Below, one piece after another: positions 40,005 through 52,130 of a stretch of 64,000 bases of DNA (its first letter is position 1; every line of letters begins with the position of its first letter). The stretch comes from the human T2T-CHM13v2.0 reference genome, Homo sapiens. The notes beneath the pieces are model-generated. The model was not told the origin of the DNA, did no database searches, and was given only the letters and a program-made list of their open reading frames with translations. Where the stretch lies: NCBI RefSeq assembly GCF_009914755.1, contig NC_060937.1. One strand, written 5' to 3'. The translations under genes were made by a program, and so were the position numbers.

Positions 40005-42300
40005 TGTTTTTAACTTTTTATTAAAAAAAAATTCACATTAAGTTACAAGAAACACAGTTCCATGCAAACTCTTCCACTCTCCTACAATGTTATTTGCTCA
40101 TATAATTGTAGTACAAGGCAAGAAAATAAACAGGAAGAAATTTATACTGGTGCAAACTAACAGAGCTTATTCGGATTTCACCAGTTAAATGTACACTTAT
40201 TTATGTGTGTGTGTGCATGTGTACTTATGCAGCTCCATGCAATTTTAACTCATGTCTATTTTTGTATTACTATTGCCACAATCAATATAAACATATGATC
40301 ACCACAAGCCTCTTTTGTGTTATTGTTTTATAACTACATCCATCCCCTCCACTACCCACTTCCAAGTCCTCACAATTAATCTCTTCTCTATCTCTGTATT
40401 TATGTTATTTCATAAATGTTACATAAATGAAAGCATGCAGTATATATTAAATATCATTTTGAGACTGGCTTTTTAAAAACTCTAGGTTCATCCAAATGTT
40501 TCAGGGAACTAGTAATTCATTCCTTTTTATTATTTTATAGTATTCCATAATATGAATTTACGTTGTTTGTTTAACCATTTATCTACTCAAAGGCATAAGA
40601 TGCTGTGAACTAGACTAGCTCCTATAGTAATTGAATAATCTCACATTTCTACCAGCAATGTATGAGTAATTTAATTTCTCCACATCATTGCCCACAATTG
40701 GTGTTACTACTTTTTATTTTAATCATTCTGATGGTGGGTTGTAATATCTCATAGTGGACTTAAGTTGCATTTCTGTAATGGAAAATGATGTTGAACATCT
40801 TTTCATGTGCTTATTTACCACCTGCGTATTCTTGTCAGCGAAAGGTCTCTGCGTGTTTTCTTTTAGCACATTTCTAATTGGCTTGTTTATTAAGTTTTGA
40901 GAATAAGTGGTATATATTAATAATTCTGAGGGTAGTATATATTTTTGAGAATAATTATGTGTTCTGTATTCAAGGCAGTTGTCAGATACTGAAGCATCCC
41001 CATTGTGTGGGGTAAATACCAAGGTTCTTCGTCTCACGGCCAAGGAAATCGAGGTTGTGGAAACACACACACAGGGTGAGATTGGAGCAGGAGTTTAATA
41101 GGCAAAAGAAAAGAACAGCTCTTTGTCACAGAGAGGGGTCCCGAGTGGGTTGCCAAGTGGTAGTAAAAATGCCAGGGTTTTTAAAAATTGGCTAGTGAGG
41201 AGGGGGTGTCTTATCTTCCTAAGGCTCGAAGATTTAGTTGGGATCAGGTGTGCTATCTGTACAGATGTACAGAGCAGAGTTTTCTATAGGCTCTCTCCCA
41301 TTCCTTGATCAGGTAGGAAGACTTAGTCTGTGCCGCTTTGTTTTGCTTATCTGGGAGGGAGAGTTTCCATGTCTGTTCCCAGACATCTTCTAGCAGCTGC
41401 AGGCACCTCCTTGCCCCCCACCTCTGTCAGCTCCACTTCTAGCTTCCCTATTTTAGTGTGCCTAAAGGGAAAGGAATGTGCTTATTAAGGCCCACTGTTT
41501 TTTACCAGGGGCCCTTTGCAAGAGTGTGAAGCTTGGTGATTACCCAGGAGACTCCTCCGCCTCGTTCTGTGCCCGAGTTTGTCTGTGTTTTACAGCCTGA
41601 TATTCCAGGCTGCTTTTTGTCAGAAGAAAAGTGATTTCTTTGAACTGCATGAGGTTAGAAAGGGAGGAAATTTTGAGTTGCTTTGTGTTAAAAGTAAAGT
41701 TTTCTGCCAGGGACTCTCTTTACCCTGTCTACCTAAATAATTTCCTTCTGTCTCCTATAACAATATGTAATTTGTAAATATTTTCTCTCAGTCTTTAATT
41801 TTGGGATGTGAATGTCTCTTCATCCTTTTAACAGGATCTTTCACAGAGCAAAAGGTGTTCTTTTTGATGAGGTCCAATTTACCAATATTTACCTTTATAA
41901 ATTGTGCTTTTGATGTCAAAGTTAAGAACTTAGTCCTAGGTATCAAAGATTTTTTCTTATGTTCTTTTTCACAGATTTCAGTTTCATGTTGTACTTTTAA
42001 GCTCGTACTCCATTTTGAGTTAATTTTTGTGTGAGGTATGAAGTTTGGGACTGAGTTCAATTTTTTTGCTGATAGATCCCCAATGCTTCAGTACCATTTG
42101 CTGAAAAGGTTATCCCCTCATTGATATCACATTTGCTTCTTTTTAAAAAATTAATTAGCCATATTTGTTTGGATTTGTTTTCTGGGTTCTATATTCTTTT
42201 GCATTTATCCCCTGCCAGTACCAAACTTCCTTGGCTATTGTGGCTATATGCTAAATATTATCAGGAAGAGTTTTCACCATTTTATCATTCTTTTAAAAAT
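40005..42300 (-). mobile_element. L1MC/L1MD 3' region interrupted by a MER51-like LTR
   Basis: Antisense 3' UTR and ORF2 end; minus-strand ORFs resemble L1 ORF2 (KHMKRCSTS...MRYY; HTKINSKW...LIKKNTFCSVKD). Confidence 0.8.
40990..41762 (-). mobile_element. MER51-family solo LTR (ERV1)
   Basis: 'ggggtaaataccaaggttcttcgtctcacggccaagg...ggagtttaataggcaaaag' to 'tctcctataaca'; TSD atac/atat; the L1 reads through across it. Confidence 0.75.
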
Positions 42301-43179
42301 GGTTTTGGTTTTTTTGTAAGGCTTTCCTTTTTATTTTTTAGAAATCATAATCCTCTAAAACTTCATCTGCCACATTGTTGACATTACTAACACTCATTTT
42401 TTCCTACATCTTTAGGCCTTTGTCTTCCCTAATCATTATACTTTGAATAATTACTCTTGCAGAGTCAACATTACCATTTAACCAATTTTGCTTACCGTCC
42501 TAACACAAAGTCAAGATTCTTTTTTGTTGTCCTGTAATTCCTTGTCTTTTAAACTTTCTTTTCTTTTTTGTTACCAATTTACTTTTTCATCCTCATCACA
42601 TCTCTAAAGGTTCAAACACACTACATTTACTCAATTTATTATTTTTTGTTTTAACTTTCACTTACCTCCATGCTAAATTTGGACTCACAATCAGTAAACT
42701 CACAGTCTACAACATATCACAAAAAAACAGAATTTCTGTCTTCCTTTTTGGTTAATTCCAAGTCTTTAGTAATATCCACTTCCTATTTCATCTTTTTTTA
42801 TTCCAGCTAGTGAGCAGCCTAGAGGAGAATAATAAAATTATCTAAATTCCTTGATTCTGTACAATTATTTTATTAATTTTATGTTTATTTCTTCAGAGCT
42901 CATTCATTCCAGAGATAACTCTCTTCCACTTTTCTCAGAAACCTCACATTTACTCTGTAGGTGCTCTCACCTCCAATTTTCCAAAGATCTAAGCTCTCAA
43001 TATGATTTTATTCAACTTCCTTTTTCTCATGTCAAAATAATTTCTTTAAATTTTCACTCCCTTGTTTTTGCTTTCCCTCTCCTTAAATTTAAAAAAAGAC
43101 GTATTCGTTTTATTCCTTTCCAAACTAAACACATCTATTTCAGCTTTTCAACTTTAGATTTCAAATATATAGATGTAGA

Positions 43180-43466
43180 TTTTTATTGTTGTTGTTGTTT
43201 TTGGCAGGATCTTACTCTGTTACCCAGGTTGGAGTGTAGCGGCGTGATTACAGCTCACAGCAGCCTCAACCTCCTAAGTTCAAGCAATCCTCCTGCTTCA
43301 GCTGGGAATACAGGTGTGAACTACCATGCCTGGCTAATTAATTTTTTTTTTATTTTGGAGAGACACTATGTTGCCCAGCTGGTCTTGAATTCCTGGGCTT
43401 AAGTGATCCTCCCACCTTGGCGTCCCAAAATGCTGGTACTACGTGTGTGAACCCCTGCCCTAGGCC
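43180..43466 (-). mobile_element. AluJ
   Basis: 'acagctcacagcagcctcaacctcc', 'cactatgttgccc', 'tcctgggcttaagtgatcctccc'. Confidence 0.9.
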
Positions 43467-43554
43467 TCAAAAATATTAAATGTAAGCTATGAAGCATTTC
43501 CACATTAAAATGTACAAGCAAATTTCTTTTAATGCTTTAATTAAAAAAAAATTA

Positions 43555-43868
<314 letters not shown>

Positions 43869-44019
43869 TCAAATTAGAAAAAGTGTTACTCACATTTGTG
43901 TTTCATTGATTTATTATACTATATACTATATATGTAGTAAAGAGTTATAAATCAGTATACTGTATATAATTTATAAACACATCTCTACTAGAAGCCTCTG
44001 AATAACTCATGTAGGCATT

Positions 44020-44650
44020 GAAGTCAAATGATCTCATCTTCTTGAGCTCTTTCATAATTTCAATTATACCTCCTTCTTCTTAAACTCATATTTTTGTCAT
44101 CCATAAATTTCATGTTTTTCCACATTTTTCTCTTGTATAACATTTATTCTCTGTACCTTCAGTAACTCTAGTTTCTTCTTTATATTGCCTATAAATAATA
44201 ATTTTATTCAAAAATGATTTGTTTTATCCCTTTCCATGACTTCACATTACCCTTTTGTAGGTAAAGTCAATTACAAATATTACTCACTTCTCTTACATTA
44301 TTTCTGTTAAATGTTTTCATTTATCTTTTTGAAGATATTCTACTTGGCTGTCTGCCCAATATCAGTGACCAATTCTTCTAAAATCTACTTTCATATTTCT
44401 TGTTCAATTTGTGTCTATAACTTTTGTATTATCATCTTAATTCTTGTTTTATATTAGATTATTAAAATAGCTTTCTTGTTCATTTCTCTCATTTAAATTT
44501 CCCTTTAATACACCCCAGTTGATAGATCTTCTCAGATCTCTTCTCACATCACTTACTTATCAATAAATACTTTCTCATTGCTTACTAAACTAATTTAGAA
44601 GTTTTCCTTTTGTGACTCAAAAACCTCCAAATCTATTTTCTCCATAACTA
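44020..44650 (+). mobile_element. Highly decayed L2 fragment
   Basis: Pyrimidine-rich; 'atctcatcttcttgagctct...cctccttcttcttaaac' resembles L2 ORF2. Confidence 0.4.
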
Positions 44651-44734
44651 TTTTTCTACAAAAACTGGAGCTCTTGTCAAAAAAAGAAAAATAAAAATGA
44701 ACAAAAAATGATCATTCTCACTCATCTCTAGAAT

Positions 44735-44925
44735 TAGATAATAAAGGTTTCAATATCTGCTCTACCACTAACTTGGGGCAAATTTCCTCCACTTATTTGT
44801 GTCAGTTTTCTAGTCATTAAAATGAGGGCAATAGTATTATTTGTCATAGAGAGGCACTGAAAAGTTTAAATGGGAAAATATGAGCAACAGTCTTAGCATG
44901 GTCTCTGTCACATAGTAGGCATATT
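44735..44925 (+). mobile_element. MIR
   Basis: 'ctgctctaccactaacttggggcaaatt...tcagttttctagtcattaaaatgagg...cacatagtaggc'. Confidence 0.75.
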
Positions 44926-45078
44926 TGGTGGCTGTCCACTTCTGTAGCTTTAGTAGCCATTAGCCTAGTGGGTCCCAATGTGGTGGTCCCTCCCCCGTGG
45001 CAAGTTTTGACTGGGCTTTCAGGCAGTCTGTGGAATTCTTTAATTTGACAAATATCCATAGTTATGTAAGCCATTATT

Positions 45079-45378
45079 TCTTTTCTTTTTTGTTTGTTTG
45101 TTTGTTTGTTTTTTGAGACAGAGTCTCACTCTGTTGCCCACGCTGAAGTGCAATGGCATGATCCCAGCTTACTGCAGCCACTGCTTCCCAGGTTCAAGCA
45201 TTTCTCATGCCTCAGCCTCCCAAGTAGCTGGGATTATAGGCATGTGCCATCATGCCTGGCTAATTTTTGTATTTTTAGTAGAGACAGGGTTTCACCATGT
45301 TGACCAGGCTGGTCTCACACTCCTGACCTTAAGTGATCCACCTCTTCTTGGCCTGCCAAAGTGCTGCGATTACAGGTG
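45079..45378 (-). mobile_element. AluS, lacking ~20 nt at its 5' end
   Basis: Antisense Alu ending at 'ttacaggt'; TSD gccattatt. Confidence 0.92.
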
Positions 45379-45513
45379 CCATTATTCTTTCTTATTTAAA
45401 AGCTGCTATAACATGGGAAGAACTTACGAGTATTTATTCTTGCATTTATCCAGACATTAGCAGAATATAATAAGATGATACAGAAAGAGAAAGCACTCTT
45501 ACTTTTTGCTTCA

Positions 45514-48500
45514 TGCTGTGGGTTGAGTGTGTCTTATATAAGTTCATTTGTTGGAATCTTAATCCCCAGTACAACAGTGTTGAGAGGTAGGACATTGAGA
45601 AGGTGACTAGATAATGAGAGCTCTGCCCTCAAAAAAGGGTTAATGTTCTTGTTGTGAGTGTAGGCTTGGTATTGCAAGAGTGGACTTCTGATCAGTTTGG
45701 CCCTCTTCCTTTTTCTCTGTCTCATGTTTGTACTTCCTTGCCATATCATGTCTTCCTTAATGAGATGATTCTTGCCAGATGCTGGTGCCATGCTTTTGAA
45801 GTTTCTAGCCTCCAGAACTGTAAACCAAATCAACTTATATTATTTATAAATGTTGTAGTCTGTAGTACTCTCTCATAGCAGAAGGAAATAGTCTGAGACA
45901 GAAAAATTGGTACTAAGAAGTAGGGCTGTTGCTGTAACAAATAACTAAAAATGTGAAAGCAACTTTGGAACTGAGTAATGGGTAGAGGCTAAAATAACTT
46001 GAAGGAGTAGGCTCCAAAAAGCCTGTATTGCCATGAATGGAGCATTAAGAATGATTCAGGTGAGGGCTCAGAAGAAGAGGCTATAGGGAAGGTCTGAATC
46101 TTCTTGGAGATTACTTTGACCAGAATGTTAGTAGAAATATGGATAGTAAAGGCCATTCTGATGAGCTTTCAGATGAAAATGAAAAGCTAAGTATTGGAAA
46201 CTGGAGAAAAGACCATCATTGTTATAAAGCAGCAGTGACTTTGGCTAAAATGTGTTCATGTCCTAAGACTTCATGGGATGCAGAATTTAAGAGCAACAAC
46301 TTAGGATATCTAGTGGAATAAATATAGAAGTAGCAAAGCATTCGGGCTGCTGTGTGACTACATTTAACTGAATACAAGGAGATTATAGAGGCAATAAATA
46401 ACTTAAAGACAGAATTTATAATTAAAAGAGCAGCAGAATGGAAAGAATTGGAAAATTTACTGCCAGTCCATGTAAAGAGTGTGTCCAATCAACAATTTGC
46501 TAAAGAGATTAGTGTGGAGAGAAGGATACCAGGTACAGTAGTACCTGGAGTAGACATTTGAAATATTTCTTCTAACAGACAATGGAAGAATGACCCTGTA
46601 GGTATTTTAGAGATCTTTGATGCTTCTCCTGACATCACAGGCCCAGAACCCTAGGAGGGCAGAATAACTTTTAGGGATAGGCTAAGGGTGGCCTTTACAG
46701 TCTCTCTTCCCAAAGTTGCCTTGGGTTTTTGATCCCTACTTCCCATCAAAGTGCTTCTTGGCCATCCCAGCTGTGACTCAAGCATGCCTAGCTGTGACTC
46801 AAACCTTTTCTCTAAAAATATAAGCCATAAGCCTCATCAGTGTCCATGTAGTGTCAAGTCTGTGGGTACCTAGAATGGAAGAGCTATGGAGGCATGACTT
46901 CCTCCACCTAGATTTTAAATGATATCACAGGATGCCTGGAAGGCCAGACAAAAACCTGCCACAGGGTTGGGACCACCACATGGTCCTCATTAGGATAATC
47001 ACTATTGCAGCTATGGGTGTGGACAGCCATGAAGACCCAAGAACTGTAGAGCTACCCATGTGCAATGCCAGCCTGGGAGAGCTGTATGGATTGAGCCTAA
47101 CAAAGTCAGAGAAATGGGATGGCCCATTGCCTTGGGGCCCCAAACCCAGCCCCAGTACATCCAGGAACCAGGACATGGAGTCAAAGAGTTTTTTCTGCAG
47201 CCTTAAGATTTAATGCTGTTTGCCCTGTTGGGTTTTGTACTTACTTGGGACCTGTTTCTTCTTGCTTACTTCTCTCTTTCGGAATGAAAGTGTCTATCCT
47301 ATGCCTGTCCCACCGTTGTATTTTGAAGTAGGTAACTTGGTTTGATTTCACAGGCTCAGAGTTAGGAAGAATTTCCCTCACGATGAATCGTGCTTTGAGT
47401 CTCACCTTTATCTGATTTAGATGAGACTCTGGACTTACAAGTTTTGAGTTGATACTGTAACAAATTAAGACTTTGGGGGATACTGTGATGGAATAAATGC
47501 ATTTTGCCTTTTGAGAAAGACATAAATTTTGAGAGCAAAGAGCAAAATGCTGTGGTTGGAAACTGTCTTTCAAAAGTTTATGTGTTGAATTACTAATGAT
47601 CAGGCAAATGCAAATTAAAACCGCAATGAGATACCACCTTACTCCTGCAAGAATAGCCATAACTAAAAAGTCAAAAACCAGTAGATATTGGCACGGATGT
47701 GGTGAAAAAGGAACACTTTTACACTACTGGTGGAAATGCAAACTAGTACAACCACTGTGGAAAGCAGTATGGAGATTCCTTAAAGAACTAAAAGTAAAAC
47801 TACCGTTCAATCCAGCAATCCCACTGCCAAGTATCTACCCAAAGGAAAAGAAGTCCTTATATGAAAAAGACACATACACACACATGTTAATAGCAGCACA
47901 ATTGAGAATTGCAAAGATATAGACCTAACCTAAGTGCCCATCAACCAACGAGTGGATAAAGAAATGTGGTATATATACAGCATGAAATACTACTCAGCCA
48001 TAACAAAGGAACAAAATAATGTCTTTTGCAGCAACTTGGATGGAGCTAGAGGCCATTATTTTAAGTGTAATAACTCAGGAGTAGAAAACCAAATATTGCA
48101 TGTCCTTACTTATAAATGGGAGCTAAGCTATGAGGATGCATAGGGATAAGAATGGAATGATATAATGGACTTTGGGACTTGAGGGGGAGGACTAGAAGCA
48201 GGGGTGAGGGATAAAAGACTACATAATGGATACGGTGTATGCTCAGTTGGAGACGGACACACCAAAATCCCAGAAACGACCACTAAAGAACTTATCTGTG
48301 TAATCAAAAACCATCTGTACCTCAAAAACTATTGAAATAAAAATAAAAAAATTTAAATAAATTAATAAATAAATAAATATTTGCAATGAAAAGAGTTTGT
48401 ATGTTGAAAACTAAATCCCCAGTGAAACCGTTGAAAGGCAAGACCTTACACAGGTCATTAGGCCATAAAGACTCTGTCCTTATCAATGGGTTATTTCCGT

Positions 48501-48725
48501 TATCACAGTAATGGGCACTTGATAAGTTTTATCCTTTTCTTCTGTTTCTCCTGCGTGCTTTCTTACCACGTGATACCTTCCTCCATGGGACAACCTTCCC
48601 CAGATACTTGTGTCATATTCTTGGACTTTCTAGCCTTCAGAACTATGAGTAAGATAAAGTTTTATTGTTTATAAATCACCCATTGTGTGATATTCTGTCA
48701 TAGCAGCAGAAAATGCACTCACACA
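45514..48725 (+). mobile_element. Full-length MST (MSTC/D-like) MaLR element (LTR 45514-45900, internal 45901-47547, 3' LTR 47548-48725 split by L1PB)
   Basis: Both LTRs start TGCTGTGG; internal starts 'gaaaaattggtac'; 5-bp TSD cttca/tttca. Confidence 0.85.
47592..48380 (+). mobile_element. 5'-truncated L1PB (L1PB1-like): ORF2 C-terminus, 3' UTR and A-rich tail
   Basis: ORF 47596-47922 MRYHLTP...[22 protein letters not shown] is the ORF2 Cys-rich region; 3' UTR 'gggataaaagactaca...caccaaaatc...aaaactattgaaataaaa'. Confidence 0.92.
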
Positions 48726-49284
48726 TTTCACTACATTTTTAAAGAAGAATTGTGAACATAAAGTAGAAAAATGCAATGTAATATTATTTGGTATTGGTAA
48801 TAGTATCTTTGATTCTAAATCTCCAAGTTTTTTAAAAATTTGTTATCCTATAAGTTTCACTTTTATTACTATAATATAAAATATAGGTGGATAAAATTTC
48901 TTTTATTTTTGTTACCTCTTTTTTCTCATATATTAAGAATGTATAGCAAGTCATTGATATCATGTCATTGATTTATGGACCTTTCTTCAGCTTTTATTGT
49001 TTTATCCAAGGCACCAGCAAGTTCAAATGTTCTTTCTGTTCATTATCTGCCGCTGAATTAACGTAAACTTGAATAAATATCCTGATGACTGGTGATTCTG
49101 TCATATACCTTGCTTTATAAAGGTCTATTTGATGGTTTTGTCCCTAGATCATTTTCCATTTTTCCATATAATTTATACCACATTAACAGAGTTTCATTAT
49201 TATTTTTCAGTGAGTTTTGTTTCTTCCACTGAACACATTATGAGTGTATTACCATAGTTTTGAAGACTACCCTGAATATTTCTC

Positions 49285-49412
49285 CATTAAATTAGAAGAG
49301 CAAATACCACTGGACTTTACAAATATATATATATATATGTATATACACACACATGCATATTTATATATATATATTTGTAAAGTCCAGTGGTATTTGCTCT
49401 TCTAATTTAATG
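49285..49412. repeat. Perfect inverted repeat, 51-bp arms with a 26-nt spacer
   Basis: 49285-49335 is the exact reverse complement of 49362-49412. Confidence 0.97.
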
Positions 49413-50369
49413 TGTGTGTATGTGTGTGTGTGTGTAACTACATTGTGACAATATGCAGAAATCGGAAATCAGACTGTCTCAGGCAAACCCACTAGATAAT
49501 TGTAAGGGTTAAATAAAGAGAGTATTTAACATGGAAAATGGTACAATATAAGCACAATAAGACATTACTGTTATAGAGAATATCTCAGGCATTAAAATAC
49601 TGTTCAGTGCAGTGACTTTTACTTTATCATTTTTCTCTGTGAACACTCTGAGTTAATCTTTTAAGAAAAAAAATACTAAACCCGAATTTCCCTACTTTGG
49701 GCAATGTTTTTAGAGTATAATATTATTAACTCTAACTGCTGAGGAATTTCTAAAAGTCATAAATGTAATTTGACAAGCTTAACATCAACATTGTTCCTTG
49801 ACTTGCTTCCATGACCAGTGATGGAAACTAAATATTAACCACATGAGAGATAAATAAATGTCATGGACACAGTTCTAGATATTTACTATAGTAATTATAA
49901 TAATTTACATCTCAAATTACCATGTTATATGATAAAGGTAAAAGTAAGAAGAAACATAATCAATATTAAATAATACTGCCTTAAGCTTTACTAGATACCC
50001 AAAAGGTTAAAAAAATGACTCTGTATAATAGTATCAACTCCTTGGTCATTGGCTCATCACAGTAAAATAGTTTTGACTGAGTTTTTCTTCTTAAAGTACT
50101 GATATAGACAATAGAACTAAGTGATAGTGGGTTATACACACGAAATTAGAAATATATAAGAGCCCAGGAGTGTGGTATAAAACATATTTACTTATTAACC
50201 ATTTACTAGCTAGTTGAATAAATAAATAAAACACTTCAGAAATCAAAAATAATGTGTAATTTCAGAGGTAAATTTGTTAACAAGCATCCAGACTTCACAC
50301 GTCTATATGTATTTATGCATACACACAAACACACACATACAGATGCATACTCATTGTCCAGGATATTAT

Positions 50370-50551
50370 TGTTGCAGTACTTTTGTTTTTAGTTCAGCTA
50401 AAGACAGAATTCTTTGTCCCATGGCCATGAAAATTCAGGCTCGCAGACAATTTGAATGGTGATCAGACAGAGTTTTATTGGGTGAAAAGGAAGAAATGGG
50501 AGAAACAGAGACTTTTGCAACACCAGAGTCTCTACTAGAGCACTTCATGCC
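50370..50551 (-). mobile_element. MER61-family LTR fragment
   Basis: 'tgttgcagtactttt...tagttcagctaaagac...ggctcgcagac...ttttattgggtgaaaagg'; similar to 16128-16260. Confidence 0.75.
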
Positions 50552-50759
50552 CAGTTTTATTTATCAAAGACGTAGAAAAATAGTCTTTCTTATATAAATA
50601 TTTTTCATAATATTAAAGAAAGTAGCAACTTTGTGTTGTTTAATTTTCTTTATCTCCCATCAAAACATACTGCTGTGATATTGATAAAATATGGCACACA
50701 AGTAAACCTATTGATGGTATTTTTGATTCCAAAAAAAAATTACCTAACTAACACAGACG

Positions 50760-52117
50760 ATTTTTTATTGCTGTAGGAAACACTTGCATGTAAGAAAGAA
50801 TAAGGAAAATCAGTATGAGCTGTTACAGAAGGTTTTCTATCATGTATTGAAATAAGAAAAAAACATAACAAGTATAAGAGTATCAATAGTACGCTTCTGC
50901 TTTGTAAAGAAGAAAAGAAAATAAATGCGTATGTGGTTATGTAGCTGCATGCAATCGCAAAAGATATGTAGGGGGAATACAATGGAAATCAATAAAACAG
51001 ATCTACTCTGTGGTAGAGGAGAATGGAGTAGAAGAGATAGAAAAAAAATAACACTTCCCTGAGTATTGTTTCTTAAAGTTTTGACTTCTAAATCATGTTA
51101 CTGTCCTGCTTACTTAAAATAAATAAATCAACAGATACAGGAAAAAACAAACCTCAAAACTGAATGTAAACAGAAACAAATGAATGCAAATTAATTTCAA
51201 ATGAATTACATAATCATATTGAAGGAGAAACAAACAAGAACTAATCCTGGTTACTTTTAACACAACAAACTGTATTCGCTTAAACAAGAAACAAAAAAAA
51301 TGCATAGTTTTTTAATAGTATTATTTGTTGTATAGGTTTAGTAATTCCAAAATGATTAGCTATTTTATGCCTATTGTTGGAATGAACAAATTAGTAGATA
51401 TATTGATGTTTTGGGCAACAGACTTCTCCCTGTGAAAACAAGAGATACAAATATGGAATAAGGAAAGTCAGAGGAGGCAAGCCTCAATCTGCTTTAGCTG
51501 TGTCTGATGAAATGGCCTAGAAGCAATGATATCCCAGCAGCAATGAGCATACTTTATGCACATATCAATATTTCTAAATATCATTTCCTTGGATAAATGG
51601 TATTCTCCAGCAAATGTTTGAAGGAGAAACATTACAAAATGAACCAGAAATATCTTTTTAAGCAAGAAGACAAGAGCTTAAAAATTAATGGTGGCCTGAA
51701 AAGACATAGAATCCAGCTTTAAAGGGTTCCTAGTAACCAACACTGCGAGTTTGTGAATAACACAATAAAAAAGGTGTATTCTTGGGTCATAAATAGTTGA
51801 ATAAAATAAGAATCTATCTGTTTATACTAATGATAAATGGATAGATAGAAAATGATATAAGTGGAGACTCTTCTTTAGAGTAGAATGCCAACTAACAAAT
51901 ACAGAAGAAATGATGGAATAAGAGACCCTGAAAGACAAAATGTTCTTGTTACTTTAATAAAAGACACAATCTAAAATACAGATTTATTATTCACCTGACA
52001 TTAAAATAAACGAGCAAAAATACTAAATGGAGTAATAATATTACCATTTCACATCATATTAAGAATTCCAGCAAAAATAATCAATGGTTAAAACACTTAC
52101 AATAAATTTGGTGAGAC
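50760..52117 (+). mobile_element. L1MC4-like 3' UTR; resumes at ~54860-54950
   Basis: 'ggcctagaagcaatgatatcccagcagcaatgagcatac'; continuation 'acaggatatttaca...gtatctccc...aactttacaatagagaaac'. Confidence 0.6.
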
Positions 52118-52130
52118 TCATGAAGATATC

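Noticed and set aside
42851-43402. 183-aa ORF
   Set aside because: T-rich low-complexity sequence running into an antisense AluJ; no recognisable protein
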